Assembly: GCA_043744175.1 (NCBI GenBank) | Contig: JAYTVD010000126.1 | Coordinates: 1,136 to 65,135, forward strand | DNA: 64,000 bases | Direction of reading: 5' to 3' | DNA from: Phyllobacteriaceae bacterium | Lineage (GTDB): Bacteria; Pseudomonadota; Alphaproteobacteria; Rhizobiales; Rhizobiaceae | In this document: positions 34,956 through 44,979 of the stretch, in pieces | Numbering within the stretch: position 1 is the stretch's first letter | Layout: each line of letters starts with the position of its first letter | Program-made: the position numbers and the translations under genes | Notes under the pieces: generated by a model | What the model saw: only the letters and a program-made list of their open reading frames with translations | The model's database searches: none | Told to the model about the DNA's origin: nothing

Positions 34956-35408
34956 TTAGCTGACCGGCATCATCTTTCGAAATTGGATGAAGCCGGACTT
35001 ATCAGCTACTTTCTCGTAAAGCTTAATGGCAACATCATTCGTCTCATGCGTTAGCCAATAGACACGCGCTGCGCCATGCACCTGCGCCTTCTCATATACG
35101 GCTTCAATGAGCTTGGTCGCAACGCCGCGCCCGCGCGCCTCTACAGAAGTATAAAGATCTTGCAAATAGCAATAAGGCCCGACAGTCCATGTCGAATAGT
35201 GGAAAATATAATGGACGATGCCCACGACCCTGCCGTCCACCTCAGCCACCAAGCCATTCATCGGCACCGAAAGATCAAACAGTCGCTTGAACGTTATGTC
35301 GCTGGTTTCAGCAGCAATCTTCGTCTTGTAAAAAAACTGATACTGCCCCCACAAATCGTCCCAAATCGCGCGGTCCGGAAGTTCTAAAGCGCGTATTGCG
35401 ACGGTCAT
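34956..35408 (-). CDS. GNAT-family N-acetyltransferase
   Basis: RGRGVATKLIEAVYEKA acetyl-CoA binding motif. The ATG at 35408 overlaps the upstream stop (ATGA). Confidence 0.8.
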   Translation of the reverse strand: MTVAIRALELPDRAIWDDLWGQYQFFYKTKIAAETSDITFKRLFDLSVPMNGLVAEVDGRVVGIVHYIFHYSTWTVGPYCYLQDLYTSVEARGRGVATKLIEAVYEKAQVHGAARVYWLTHETNDVAIKLYEKVADKSGFIQFRKMMPVS

Positions 35409-37036
35409 TTGGCTTCCCAAGCCTTAAATACATCCTGGAAAACCTTATCGCCCGCCAAGCCTTTTTCGAATGACAGCAATGCACGACGGCCTGAGCGGTA
35501 AGACAGTGGCACATCAATCCAATCTTGCCGTTTCAGAAGCGTCAAATTGGTCTCAATAGCCGTTTTTTCGTCTGTAAGCGCAACAAGGAAGAACCCATCA
35601 CCAAAGCTAGCGGGAACGCCAACCAGTGGGCTACCAGGCGCCTGCTCGGTATCCTTCAGTGCCACGCGTTGAACGTTTTCAATCGCACCACCGGCGAAAT
35701 CCGCTGGCGTTGTAAACAACATTTCGATGATATGGCTGGCAGGCAATGACTTATCGACATTGCGCTTAATCGTCAGCTTCACCTTTATGCCCTTGCTGGG
35801 TATGGTTATCTCGCCGCGAATTGCCGCCTCCGGCGGCTGGTCCAATCCGGGCGAATCCTGCACTTGTGACCAGACAACGGCGCCTTGATCGGCAGTGCCT
35901 GCTTCAGTGCCGGTTTTTTCCTCATAGAAAATCGCTTTTTGCCCAATCGGTATTACGGCAGGCGCTACCGTGGGCGCAGCAGCAGGTGTTGTTCCATCGG
36001 CAGCTGGAGCCACAGCTGGTGCTGTGCCGTCCGCAGGAGGAACAACAGCTGGCACATCAGTGGCAGGCGTTACTACCGGTGCAGCACCGGCTGGTGTAGT
36101 CGCTGCGGCAACAGTTGAGCCCTCACCAACATCTTGCGGAGCAGAGCCCGGCCCTGCCTCTACCTCTTGCCCGTCAGCCGTCAGTCGCTGCGTGAATTTT
36201 TGGACCTCCACAGGCGTTGTCGCGGCGGCATCAGGTGTCACGGGTTTGGCCGGTTCAACAGCGGGCGCCGTCGCGGGTACTACTGGCTTTACAGTCTCTG
36301 CCGCAGGCGGGGTCACCGTAGCCGGTTTCGCTGGCGTTGAAGGTGTAGAAGTGGTCGTAGCAGGCGTCATGCCAAGCAGACCCTGCAATTTATCCTTATT
36401 GATATATCCGGCGTATCCCGCGCCGCCCACAAGCAAAATGCCAAGCAGTCCGTAAAGTACACCAAGTCCGGCTCCGGATTTCTTACGTGCAGGAGCTGGC
36501 TCCACGGCGGGCGTCAGCCAAGGATCACGAGCCGCGCTATCCACCACCGGATCTGGCGCGCTGGATTTGATTTGATCGGCAAGCAAAGCATCAACATCAT
36601 CTGCGGCGCGGAAAGTCTCAACACTTGCAGGGGAAACAGGTTTTGGCAGCGTCGGTTTTTTCGCCAAATCGCTTTCTACCGAAGCCATAAAATCTTCGAG
36701 AGGGTCACGGTATGGTGCTGGTGAAACTGGCGCAACGACCACTGGCGCAAGCGCGATAACCGGCTTGATAACGGGCGCCAATGGTTTGACGACAGGTGGC
36801 AACACAGGCGCAATAACGGGCTCCGTTGCATAAATATCTTCGACCTTTTGGACGGCCTCATCCAACATTCGATATTGCCGCCCCGCCAATTCCGGCGAGG
36901 GCGCGGGCACTATCGCTGCCAGCTTATCCGCAATGGTTTTGCGCGCCTTTTCATAAACCCTTTGGCGCATTGCGGGCGAGTTGCGCTCTCCCAATCCATC
37001 AATGGTTTTCGTTAGTACTGCTACAAAATCAGCCAT
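35405..37036 (-). CDS. Pro/Ala/Thr/Val-rich single-pass membrane protein of unknown function
   Basis: 543 aa. It has an N-terminal globular segment, a TM helix (GLGVLYGLLGILLVGGAGYAGYI), a long low-complexity PA/PV/T spacer and a roughly 170-aa C-terminal domain. Confidence 0.6.
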   Translation of the reverse strand: MADFVAVLTKTIDGLGERNSPAMRQRVYEKARKTIADKLAAIVPAPSPELAGRQYRMLDEAVQKVEDIYATEPVIAPVLPPVVKPLAPVIKPVIALAPVVVAPVSPAPYRDPLEDFMASVESDLAKKPTLPKPVSPASVETFRAADDVDALLADQIKSSAPDPVVDSAARDPWLTPAVEPAPARKKSGAGLGVLYGLLGILLVGGAGYAGYINKDKLQGLLGMTPATTTSTPSTPAKPATVTPPAAETVKPVVPATAPAVEPAKPVTPDAAATTPVEVQKFTQRLTADGQEVEAGPGSAPQDVGEGSTVAAATTPAGAAPVVTPATDVPAVVPPADGTAPAVAPAADGTTPAAAPTVAPAVIPIGQKAIFYEEKTGTEAGTADQGAVVWSQVQDSPGLDQPPEAAIRGEITIPSKGIKVKLTIKRNVDKSLPASHIIEMLFTTPADFAGGAIENVQRVALKDTEQAPGSPLVGVPASFGDGFFLVALTDEKTAIETNLTLLKRQDWIDVPLSYRSGRRALLSFEKGLAGDKVFQDVFKAWEAK

Positions 37037-37095
37037 ATGTATAAACTGCCATTCTTAAGGCTCCACACCCGCGAAGCACCTCAACTGGCATGATA

Positions 37096-38388
37096 CTAAT
37101 CTTGAAACGGGTCCGTAACAAGTATCGTGTCTTCACGCTCAGGGCTTGTGGACAACATTGCCACAGGGCAACCAATCAGCTCTTCAATATAGCGCACATA
37201 TTTGATGGCCTGCGCCGGCAATGCCGACCATGAACGCGCACCAGCTGTTGTGTCTTTCCAGCCCTCCAGCGTCTCGTAAACCGGAACTACCCGCGCCTGC
37301 GCGCCCTGCCCCGCTGGCAGATAGTCAATCAATTCGCCGTCCAGCATATAGCCGGTGCAGATTTTCAACTCGTCCAAACCATCGAGAACATCGAGCTTGG
37401 TCAGCGCGATACCATTGATACCGTTCACCGCAACAGCTTGGCGCACCAGCACAGCGTCAAACCAACCACAACGGCGCTTGCGCCCTGTCACTGTGCCAAA
37501 TTCATGACCTTTTACGCCAAGAAATTCGCCGACTTCATTTTTCTGCTCAGTCGGGAACGGACCTTCGCCAACGCGCGTCGTATAGGCCTTGGTGATGCCA
37601 AGTACATAGCCAATCGCGCCTGGGCCCATGCCGGAGCCCGCAGCCGCTTGACCCGCAACGACGTTGGAAGATGTCACGAATGGATAAGTCCCGTGGTCAA
37701 CGTCAAGCAGCGTACCCTGCGCACCTTCAAACAATATCCGGTCACCAGCACGGCGGCGCTGATCCAATATGCTCCAAACGCGGTCCATGAACGGCAATAC
37801 TTTGTCCGCAATGCTAGTAAGCTCGGCCAAGATCACATCGGCTTGCACTTCTTCAACACCGAGCCCGCGACGCAGCGGATTGTGGTGCGCCAAAACGCGA
37901 TCAATCTTCGCTGGCAGCGTTGCCACGTCGGCCAAATCCATCAGCTTAATCGAGCGACGGCCTGCCTTATCTTCATAAGCCGGGCCAATGCCGCGACCTG
38001 TCGTGCCAATCTTCGTGCCTTCGCTCGCCTTGCTTTCGCGCAGGCGGTCCAGTTCGCCATGCAATGACAAAATCAGCGGTGTATTTTCAGCAATTTTCAA
38101 AACATCCGGCGTAACCACAACGCCCTGCGCGGCGAGGCGGCCAAGCTCGGCGATAAACGCATGGGGGTCAAACACCACGCCATTACCAATGACCGAAAGT
38201 TTGCCACGCACGACACCTGATGGCAGCAGCGATAGCTTGTAGCTCTTGCCGTCGATGACCAGCGTGTGGCCCGCATTATGGCCGCCCTGAAAGCGCACAA
38301 CCACATCGGCGCGCTCTGACAACCAGTCAACAATTTTACCCTTGCCCTCATCGCCCCATTGCGAGCCAACAACCACGACATTTGCCAT
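37096..38388 (-). CDS. purA: adenylosuccinate synthetase
   Basis: [22 protein letters not shown]-loop, and [14 protein letters not shown]. Confidence 0.95.
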   Translation of the reverse strand: MANVVVVGSQWGDEGKGKIVDWLSERADVVVRFQGGHNAGHTLVIDGKSYKLSLLPSGVVRGKLSVIGNGVVFDPHAFIAELGRLAAQGVVVTPDVLKIAENTPLILSLHGELDRLRESKASEGTKIGTTGRGIGPAYEDKAGRRSIKLMDLADVATLPAKIDRVLAHHNPLRRGLGVEEVQADVILAELTSIADKVLPFMDRVWSILDQRRRAGDRILFEGAQGTLLDVDHGTYPFVTSSNVVAGQAAAGSGMGPGAIGYVLGITKAYTTRVGEGPFPTEQKNEVGEFLGVKGHEFGTVTGRKRRCGWFDAVLVRQAVAVNGINGIALTKLDVLDGLDELKICTGYMLDGELIDYLPAGQGAQARVVPVYETLEGWKDTTAGARSWSALPAQAIKYVRYIEELIGCPVAMLSTSPEREDTILVTDPFQD

Positions 38389-38502
38389 TCAGATCTCCTG
38401 ATGCATGCAGATTTTCAAATGAGGGGAGGATTTCCCACGGCTCTATAGCGAGTGAAATCTATTTTTGCGAGTGGTTTATGCGGCAATGCAGCATTAGGAC
38501 AC

Positions 38503-38538
38503 AAAAAAACGCCGCGCTGGTTTCCCGGCACGGCGTTT
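38503..38538 (-). terminator. rho-independent terminator
   Basis: On the minus strand, AACGCCGTGCC-loop-GCGCGGCGTT is followed by TTTTTTTG, just downstream of the 38562 gene end. Confidence 0.65.
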
Positions 38539-38561
38539 CTTCACTTATTTGCCAACAAAGC

Positions 38562-39500
38562 TTACTGAGCTGCGGCCTTAATTTTTGAATTGCAGATGCT
38601 GTAGAAACCGCCGCCCTTCTGGATCCAACGCAAACCGTTCAGCGTGCCTGCATCCTTGTTGGCATGGTAAGCATCAACACATGTACGCATACGGGCCTTA
38701 CCGGCGGTCAGGTCAGCATATTGGGCATTCACAGCCTTAGGCATTTTCACGCCCTTTGGTACGGAAACATTGGCAACAACAGCTGGTTCAACTGGATCTG
38801 GAGCATCCTTGGCAACATCTGCATCATCCGGCGCATCCTGCGTATCGGTGGTGCACTTTGTGCTACGGAAATCATTCCACTTCATGCCGTTCAGCGTGTT
38901 CGCAGCTTTGGCAGATTGATAAAGCGCGCTGCATTCCTTGACAGTCAAATGACCAACAGCATCAGTTGGCGCCACGGCAGCCATAGTGGCAGCTGGCTTC
39001 TTCGCCTTGGTTGGAGCAGGCGCGTCTACTGGTTCAGCAGCAGCGGTATCACCGGAACACATCGCCTTGCGATAGTCATTCCACTTCATGCCGTTGAGTG
39101 TTCCAGCAGCCTTATCGGCCTGATACTTGGCAGAACAATCCTTGGCAGAAAGCTTAACGCCAGCTGGCTCAGCGGCTGGTGCCACAACCGCAGCGGCGGC
39201 TTCTTTCTTGGTCTTCTTCGCTGGCTTTTCAACAACAACTGGAGCAGGTTCCGCAGCCGCAGCGGCTTCCTTCTTAGTCTTCTTTGCTGGCTTTTCAGCT
39301 ACAGGCTCGGCAGCAGCAGCTTCCGCACCGCAATTTGCCTTGCGGAAATCCTGCCACTTCATGCCGTTTAGTGTGTCTTTGTCCTTAGCGGTTTGAAACA
39401 ACACGCTACATTCTTTCGTTGACAACGCATGTGCCGGCATTGCGAACAACATCGCGCCGGTAACTGAGGCAAAAGCCACGCCCATAAACTTCTTCATCAT
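38562..39500 (-). CDS. secreted repeat protein with four Cys-bracketed modules (PsiF-repeat-like, tentative)
   Basis: Signal peptide MMKKFMGVAFASVTGAMLFAMPAHA. Four copies of C-x12-LNG-(M/L)-(K/R)-W-x(6-12)-C, with the C-to-C spacing longer in the fourth copy. They are separated by Ala/Lys linkers, including the duplicated EKPAKKTKKEAAAA. ATGATG start after GGAGAG. Confidence 0.7.
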   Translation of the reverse strand: MMKKFMGVAFASVTGAMLFAMPAHALSTKECSVLFQTAKDKDTLNGMKWQDFRKANCGAEAAAAEPVAEKPAKKTKKEAAAAAEPAPVVVEKPAKKTKKEAAAAVVAPAAEPAGVKLSAKDCSAKYQADKAAGTLNGMKWNDYRKAMCSGDTAAAEPVDAPAPTKAKKPAATMAAVAPTDAVGHLTVKECSALYQSAKAANTLNGMKWNDFRSTKCTTDTQDAPDDADVAKDAPDPVEPAVVANVSVPKGVKMPKAVNAQYADLTAGKARMRTCVDAYHANKDAGTLNGLRWIQKGGGFYSICNSKIKAAAQ

Positions 39501-39663
39501 TTTAGTCTCTCCACGTAATTCCGTTGACAGTTCATAAGCCATGCGCTGTAGAAATCAACTTACATGCCTGTAATATGGCGATAATGGTGCAAATATGGCG
39601 TAATGCTAATTCGCGCCTGTTGTGCATAGCCAAATCATACGCGCCTTAGTATGACAAAGCATC

Positions 39664-40554
39664 GTGTCGAAAAATCTTACCAGCCAAGCCTATCTGCTCC
39701 TCATCCTCACAACACTGTTCTGGGGCGGCAACTCCGTGGCCGGAAAAATGGCGGCAGGCGAAATCTCACCGATGCTGCTCACCTTCATTCGCTGGAGCAT
39801 GGCATTTCTGGCAATCTTACCGTTCAGCCTCAATGAACTGCGCCGCGATATGCCGACGATAAGAAAACATCTGCCCATTTTACTATTCTATGGCATGTTC
39901 GGCATGTCGCTGTTCAACATCCTGCTCTACACAGCACTGACCAAAACCAGCGCCGTATCCGGCTCCATCGTGCAGGCTGCGCTGCCAGCCACTGTCTATC
40001 TTTTGAACTTTCTGGTCTTCCGCGTCAAAGTCACGCCCTACCAAATCGCCGGATTCTTCGTCACGCTTTTAGGCGTCGGCATCGTCGCCACGCACGGCGA
40101 TCTATCGCGCCTTAAAACACTGGATTTGAACATCGGCGATGCCATCGTCCTCATCGCCGTGCTGGTCTATGCCATCTACACAATCCTGCTGCGCTACAAG
40201 CCACAGCTCCATTGGAAAAGCCTCATAACAATCCTGTCCCTCAGCGCCGCCATCGCCGCGCTTCCTTTCGCCATGTGGGAACACCAAACCGGCGCGACGA
40301 TTATGCCCGGCACCAAAGGCTGGCTAATCGCCGCCTACACCGCCATCTTCCCCTCGCTCATCTCCCAGCTATTCTTCATCCGCGGCGTAGAACTCATCGG
40401 CCCGAACAGAGCCGGCATTTTCATCAACTTCATCCCGATTTTCGGAACAGTGCTGGCCATAGTCTTGCTGGGGGAAAAGCTGGAGGCGTTTCACGCTGTT
40501 GCCTTGGCTCTGGTTGTTGGGGGAATTTGGCTGGCCGAGCGGCGGGCGGCGTAG
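39664..40554 (+). CDS. DMT-superfamily (EamA) transporter
   Basis: 296 aa with a GTG start, ten hydrophobic segments and two EamA-like halves. Confidence 0.8.
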   Translation: MSKNLTSQAYLLLILTTLFWGGNSVAGKMAAGEISPMLLTFIRWSMAFLAILPFSLNELRRDMPTIRKHLPILLFYGMFGMSLFNILLYTALTKTSAVSGSIVQAALPATVYLLNFLVFRVKVTPYQIAGFFVTLLGVGIVATHGDLSRLKTLDLNIGDAIVLIAVLVYAIYTILLRYKPQLHWKSLITILSLSAAIAALPFAMWEHQTGATIMPGTKGWLIAAYTAIFPSLISQLFFIRGVELIGPNRAGIFINFIPIFGTVLAIVLLGEKLEAFHAVALALVVGGIWLAERRAA

Positions 40555-40736
40555 TTCGTCCTCCAATACCGGATTATTTATGTTCCAATCTTTCGGTGGC
40601 TGTTTGCTAGGCGAATGAGAATCCATAATGTGGTCCTTTGCTATTGAGAACAAAGGGAAACCATGAACGGCGCGAAAACTCAGTACATCACTTTACAAAA
40701 AAGCGCACCGAGGCGCGCCTTTCTTAATTCTAAATT

Positions 40737-40756
40737 CAAACTCAATATTGAGTTTG
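40737..40756. repeat. perfect 20-bp palindrome CAAACTCAATATTGAGTTTG
   Basis: Read directly. It lies immediately before repeat copy C. Confidence 0.6.
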
Positions 40757-40759
40757 ACA

Positions 40760-40872
40760 CAAAATTCGCTTTGGTGAGTCAAATAGAGTGAGTTTCGAGA
40801 ACCGGAGCGGAGCGTACATTTGGTACGTGAGCACCGGAAGCGCAGAAAGTTGCTCTAGTTGGCCGCCAAAGT
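40760..40872. repeat. long-palindrome repeat, copy C
   Basis: Same arms as copies A and B (GAGAACCGGAGCGGAGCGTAC ... GTACGTGAGCACCGGAAGC), but the apical loop is ATTTG instead of TTAA. It lies between the convergent DMT gene and serA. Confidence 0.8.
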
Positions 40873-40889
40873 AGAGTTTTCGTTCAGGC

Positions 40890-42488
40890 TCACCCTACAA
40901 CATCAAATTCCAACCGCTTGGCTGACTGGAATTTCGCATTGCTGCGAATTTCTTCCAGCGCTGATTCTGGAAACGCATTGTCCAAATACAACAGCGCAAT
41001 CGCATCGCCGCCGGCCTTGTTGCGGCCTAGTTGGAAGTTAGCGATGTTAACCTCGTGCTTGCCGCACAGTGTACCCAAAAGACCGATAATCCCCGGCGCA
41101 TCGGCATTCGTTGTGTAGAGCATGTGATGCCCGACTTCGGCGTCCAGATTAATGCCCTTAATCTGGATAAAGCGCGGCTTGCCATCAGAGAAACATGTGC
41201 CCGCAATCGAGCGCGTCTGTTTATCTGTCTTCACCGTCAGCTTGATATAGCCATCAAAAACGCCGGACTTATCGCGCTTGATTTCGGACAGCATAATGCC
41301 GCGTTCTTTCACCATGATGGGCGCAGAAACCATGTTCACATCCGCCACTTGGTTGCGAATGAGACCGGCAAGAGCGGCAGAAATCAGCGCTTTGGTGTTC
41401 ATGGTAGATGTCGAACCATCGAACAAAATTTCGACTTCCTTGATCGGCTCTTCAGTGACTTGGCCGACGAACGCGCCCAGCACTTCAGCCAACTTGACGA
41501 AGGGGCGCAGGCGTGGCGCTTCTTCTGCCGTGATGGATGGCATGTTGATGGCGTTTGAAACAGCACCCTTTACCAAATAATCCGCCATTTGCTCGGCAAC
41601 TTGCAGCGCCACATTTTCTTGCGCTTCGGATGTCGATGCACCCAGATGCGGCGTGCAGACAACGTTTGGCAACTTGAACAAAGGCGAGTCAGTTGCAGGC
41701 TCGACCTCAAACACATCAAGCCCCGCACCCGCCACTTTGCCGGATTGCAGACCCGCCAGCAGTGCCGCCTCGTCAATCAGCCCGCCGCGTGCGCAGTTGA
41801 TAATACGAACGCCTGTCTTCATTTTGGCGATAGCATCCGCATTGATAACATTGCGGGTTTTGTCCGTCAGCGGTGTGTGCAGCGTAATGAAATCAGCGCG
41901 CTGGAACAACTCGTCCAGTTCCACCTTTTCAACGCCCAAATCAGCAGCGCGGCTTTCGGACAGGAAGGGATCAAACGCGATAACATGCATTTTGAGGCCA
42001 ACGCCGCGCGTGGCAACGATGGAACCAATATTGCCGCAGCCGATAATTCCCAGCGTCTTGCCGGTAATTTCAACGCCCATAAAGCGGTTCTTTTCCCACT
42101 TGCCAGCCTTGGTGGAAAGGTCCGCCTCCGGCAGTTCGCGGGCAACGGCGAACATCATCGCAACAGCATGTTCGGCAGTGGTGATGGAGTTGCCAAACGG
42201 CGTGTTCATCACGATAATACCGCGGCGCGAGGCGGCCGGAATATCCACATTATCAACGCCGATACCGGCACGGCCGATAACTTTAAGATTGGTCGCCGCC
42301 GCAATCAGCTTCTCAGTCACTTTGGTGGCCGAGCGGATAGCTAAGCCATCATACTGGCCGATAACTTCAAGGAGCTTATCTTTGTCTTTGCCGAGGTCCG
42401 GCAAATAGTCCACTTCCACGCCGCGATCTTTGAAAATCTGAACAGCGGTTTTGGATAGTTTGTCTGAAACGAGTACGCGAGGTGCCAT
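40890..42488 (-). CDS. serA: D-3-phosphoglycerate dehydrogenase (long form with ASB and ACT domains)
   Basis: Start set at MAPRVLVSDKL after GGAGG. NAD motif GIIGCGNIGS. 532 aa. Confidence 0.9.
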   Translation of the reverse strand: MAPRVLVSDKLSKTAVQIFKDRGVEVDYLPDLGKDKDKLLEVIGQYDGLAIRSATKVTEKLIAAATNLKVIGRAGIGVDNVDIPAASRRGIIVMNTPFGNSITTAEHAVAMMFAVARELPEADLSTKAGKWEKNRFMGVEITGKTLGIIGCGNIGSIVATRGVGLKMHVIAFDPFLSESRAADLGVEKVELDELFQRADFITLHTPLTDKTRNVINADAIAKMKTGVRIINCARGGLIDEAALLAGLQSGKVAGAGLDVFEVEPATDSPLFKLPNVVCTPHLGASTSEAQENVALQVAEQMADYLVKGAVSNAINMPSITAEEAPRLRPFVKLAEVLGAFVGQVTEEPIKEVEILFDGSTSTMNTKALISAALAGLIRNQVADVNMVSAPIMVKERGIMLSEIKRDKSGVFDGYIKLTVKTDKQTRSIAGTCFSDGKPRFIQIKGINLDAEVGHHMLYTTNADAPGIIGLLGTLCGKHEVNIANFQLGRNKAGGDAIALLYLDNAFPESALEEIRSNAKFQSAKRLEFDVVG

Positions 42489-42549
42489 TGGTAGCCTCCA
42501 AAAATTAAGTGAATTGGGAAAACGGGCGGAGCGTTCCGCCCGTGAAAAA

Positions 42550-43716
42550 TTAAGCGCTAAGCGCAGCCTTTTGGGCCGCAAATGCCCACTCGAGCCAAGG
42601 TGTCAGCGCCTTGATGTCAGCCGTCTCAACCGTCGCGCCGCACCAGATACGAAGTCCCGCAGGCGCATCACGGTAGGAGCCAATGTCAAACGCCACGCCT
42701 TCTTTTTCGAGCAGTGAGACCATCCCCTTGGCAAAGTTGGCTTGAGCGTCAGGCGCCAGCGCCAGCACATCCTTGTCACTGATGGTTAGACATACGGATG
42801 TGTTCGAACGGGTTTCAGCCCTCACCGAAAGGTTCGATAAGAAGGAGGACTGGTCAACAAAAGCGTTTAGCGCGCCTGCATTAGCGTCCGCACGGGCGAT
42901 AAGTCCCTTAAGGCCGCCCACTGATTTCGCCCAGCTAAGCGCATCAATATAATCTTCCACACACAGCATCGAAGGTGTGTTGATCGTCTCGCCGGAGAAT
43001 ATGCCTTCGATAAGCTTGCCGCCGGAAGTCAGGCGGAAAATCTTTGGCAGCGGCCATGCGGGCTTGTAAGTCTCAAGACGATCAACAGCGCGAGGTGAGA
43101 GAATAATCACGCCATGCGCGCCCTCACCCCCCAGAACCTTCTGCCATGAGAAAGTCACAACATCGAGCTTGGAGAAATCCATGTCCTGCGCGAAAGCCGC
43201 AGATGTCGCGTCACAAATGGTCAGGCCCTTGCGGTCCGCCGGGATGAAATCCGCGTTAGGAACCCGCACGCCCGATGTCGTGCCGTTCCATGTGAAAACC
43301 ACGTCACGGTCAAAATCAACTTTGGAAAAATCCACCAGCTCGCCGTAAGGCGCCACAAAGGAGCGGGCATCGGCGAGTTTCAATTGCTTCACAACATCTG
43401 TCACCCAGCCTTCGCCGAATGATTCCCACGCCACCATGTCCACGCCGCGCTCGCCCAGAAGCGACCATAGCGCCATTTCAACAGCGCCGGTATCAGACGC
43501 TGGCACAATGCCGATGCGATAATCGGCAGGAACGCCGAGCATGTCGCGGGTCAGATCAATGGCTAGTTTGAGTTTGTTCTTGCCCACCTTGGCGCGATGC
43601 GAACGGCCCAGCGGCGCGTCCTTCAAGGCATCCAGCGACCAGTTAGGACGCTTGGCACAAGGACCAGAAGAGAAATTAGGGTTTGCGGTACGGGTGACCG
43701 GCTTGTCGATAGTCAT
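42550..43716 (-). CDS. serC: phosphoserine aminotransferase
   Basis: Start set at [24 protein letters not shown] after [17 protein letters not shown] is the PLP-lysine region. Lies upstream of serA. Confidence 0.85.
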   Translation of the reverse strand: MTIDKPVTRTANPNFSSGPCAKRPNWSLDALKDAPLGRSHRAKVGKNKLKLAIDLTRDMLGVPADYRIGIVPASDTGAVEMALWSLLGERGVDMVAWESFGEGWVTDVVKQLKLADARSFVAPYGELVDFSKVDFDRDVVFTWNGTTSGVRVPNADFIPADRKGLTICDATSAAFAQDMDFSKLDVVTFSWQKVLGGEGAHGVIILSPRAVDRLETYKPAWPLPKIFRLTSGGKLIEGIFSGETINTPSMLCVEDYIDALSWAKSVGGLKGLIARADANAGALNAFVDQSSFLSNLSVRAETRSNTSVCLTISDKDVLALAPDAQANFAKGMVSLLEKEGVAFDIGSYRDAPAGLRIWCGATVETADIKALTPWLEWAFAAQKAALSA

Positions 43717-43834
43717 GTTGGCTATCCTTCCAGATAGTGGCCTCTCGTTGGGGAGAGGTGGCCCACCGCGGCTTTTATGGAAGGGCAAATGTGTCGTCAA
43801 GTCCAATTGTTCAACCGCGACATTTTATGCTCAA

Positions 43835-43867
43835 CAAAAGACAAAAGGCGGGCTCATGGCCCGCCTT
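43835..43867 (-). terminator. rho-independent terminator
   Basis: On the minus strand, GGCGGGC-CATGA-GCCCGCC is followed by TTTTGTCTTTTG, downstream of the porin gene. Confidence 0.7.
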
Positions 43868-43891
43868 GATGAATGTAATAGTGAGATCAAA

Positions 43892-44794
43892 TCACCAAAT
43901 ATCGTAGCGCAGACCCATCTTGATTTGGTGCAATCCAAACCCGGCCTTCGACATATCTGAACCTGGTGTCGTTGTATTTGGAATGCCCTTTGTACCAAGA
44001 CCAACGCTTGTGAACTTGTAGCTGGTATCGAGCGATAGATTTTGACCAATCTGATAAGAGAAACCAGCAGTGGCCGACATCGCGAGCCGCCAGTCCTTGC
44101 CGTTGCTGATGACGCCCGGCTCTGTGTAAACTTCGTTCATGCCCGGCTGTGTCGCAGTTCCAGCGGCCTTACAGGCCTCTCTATGCACAGTACCATTTTG
44201 TGGAACACAAGTGATGGAAGCCGTTTCCTGCGCCCAGCTTACCCGCGCTACGCCGAGACCCGCTCCAACATACGGCGTGACGCCGACGAACGTACCAAGA
44301 TCGACATAGGCATTGCCCATCAACATAAAGGCATTGTAGCTGGACTTATCTTCTTGCAGACAGTTGCTGATATCGTAAGCAGCGAAATAAGTAGTGCCCG
44401 TTGCGATATCAATATATTCGCCTGTACCATTGCAGGGACCGGTGGGTGCCACCAACTTCGTGCTGCTAAAATTGCTCTTGAACAGGTGGTCAACCGTGCC
44501 GTCCACGCGGAACAAATCATTGATGCGGTAACCAACGCCGACGCTGGCGGAAATAGCATCGCGGAAATTGTTTTTGTGCGTCACCGGTGCAAAAGTATAT
44601 TCGTCATTGTTGTATTTGGTTGCAATATTATAGCCAACATCGCCGCGAATATACCAACCGCTGCCAACTTCGACCGGCACATAGGGGTCTTCCTGCATGG
44701 CCGGAATGATCGTATCCATATCAGCTGCGCGCGTCATGCCGGAAAATAGCGTTAAAAACGCCAAGGCAGACAAAAATAATTTCATGCGGTTCAT
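43892..44794 (-). CDS. Omp25/Omp31-family outer-membrane beta-barrel protein
   Basis: Signal peptide ending TRA-AD. GWYIRGDVGY first strand. C-terminal GLRYDIW aromatic terminus. Confidence 0.8.
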   Translation of the reverse strand: MNRMKLFLSALAFLTLFSGMTRAADMDTIIPAMQEDPYVPVEVGSGWYIRGDVGYNIATKYNNDEYTFAPVTHKNNFRDAISASVGVGYRINDLFRVDGTVDHLFKSNFSSTKLVAPTGPCNGTGEYIDIATGTTYFAAYDISNCLQEDKSSYNAFMLMGNAYVDLGTFVGVTPYVGAGLGVARVSWAQETASITCVPQNGTVHREACKAAGTATQPGMNEVYTEPGVISNGKDWRLAMSATAGFSYQIGQNLSLDTSYKFTSVGLGTKGIPNTTTPGSDMSKAGFGLHQIKMGLRYDIW

Positions 44795-44924
44795 GGGTTA
44801 TACTCCCCGTAAATACTCGTGGGAGCCAACATTAGCCCCCGATAGACCTAATATTAACCAAAATGATTAAGTGGCGGTTAAGCATGTTTATTGGGAAAGA
44901 TTTATTTTGTTGAATGGGCACAAA

Positions 44925-44957
44925 TAAAAACCGCCCGGCGCGACGCCGGGCGGTTCT
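44925..44957 (-). terminator. rho-independent terminator
   Basis: On the minus strand, AACCGCCCGGCG-TCGC-GCCGGGCGGTT is followed by TTTTATTTG. Confidence 0.75.
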
Positions 44958-44979
44958 CTATTCTGAGTAAACGTAAGTT

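Noticed and set aside
35821-36455. Several 70-160-aa plus-strand ORFs
   Set aside because: These are shadow frames of the Pro/Ala/Thr-rich spacer of the 543-aa membrane protein gene.
40663-40791. 42-codon ORF (MNGAKTQYITLQKSAPRRAFLNSKFKLNIEFDTKFALVSQIE) with an AAGGGAAA upstream
   Set aside because: It runs into the 20-bp palindrome and the repeat element and has no recognisable features. The evidence is too weak to call.
41589-42408. Two 251-aa plus-strand ORFs
   Set aside because: Both are antisense to serA.
44042-44749. 235-aa plus-strand ORF
   Set aside because: Antisense to the Omp25/Omp31-type porin gene, which has a signal peptide and a beta-barrel terminus.
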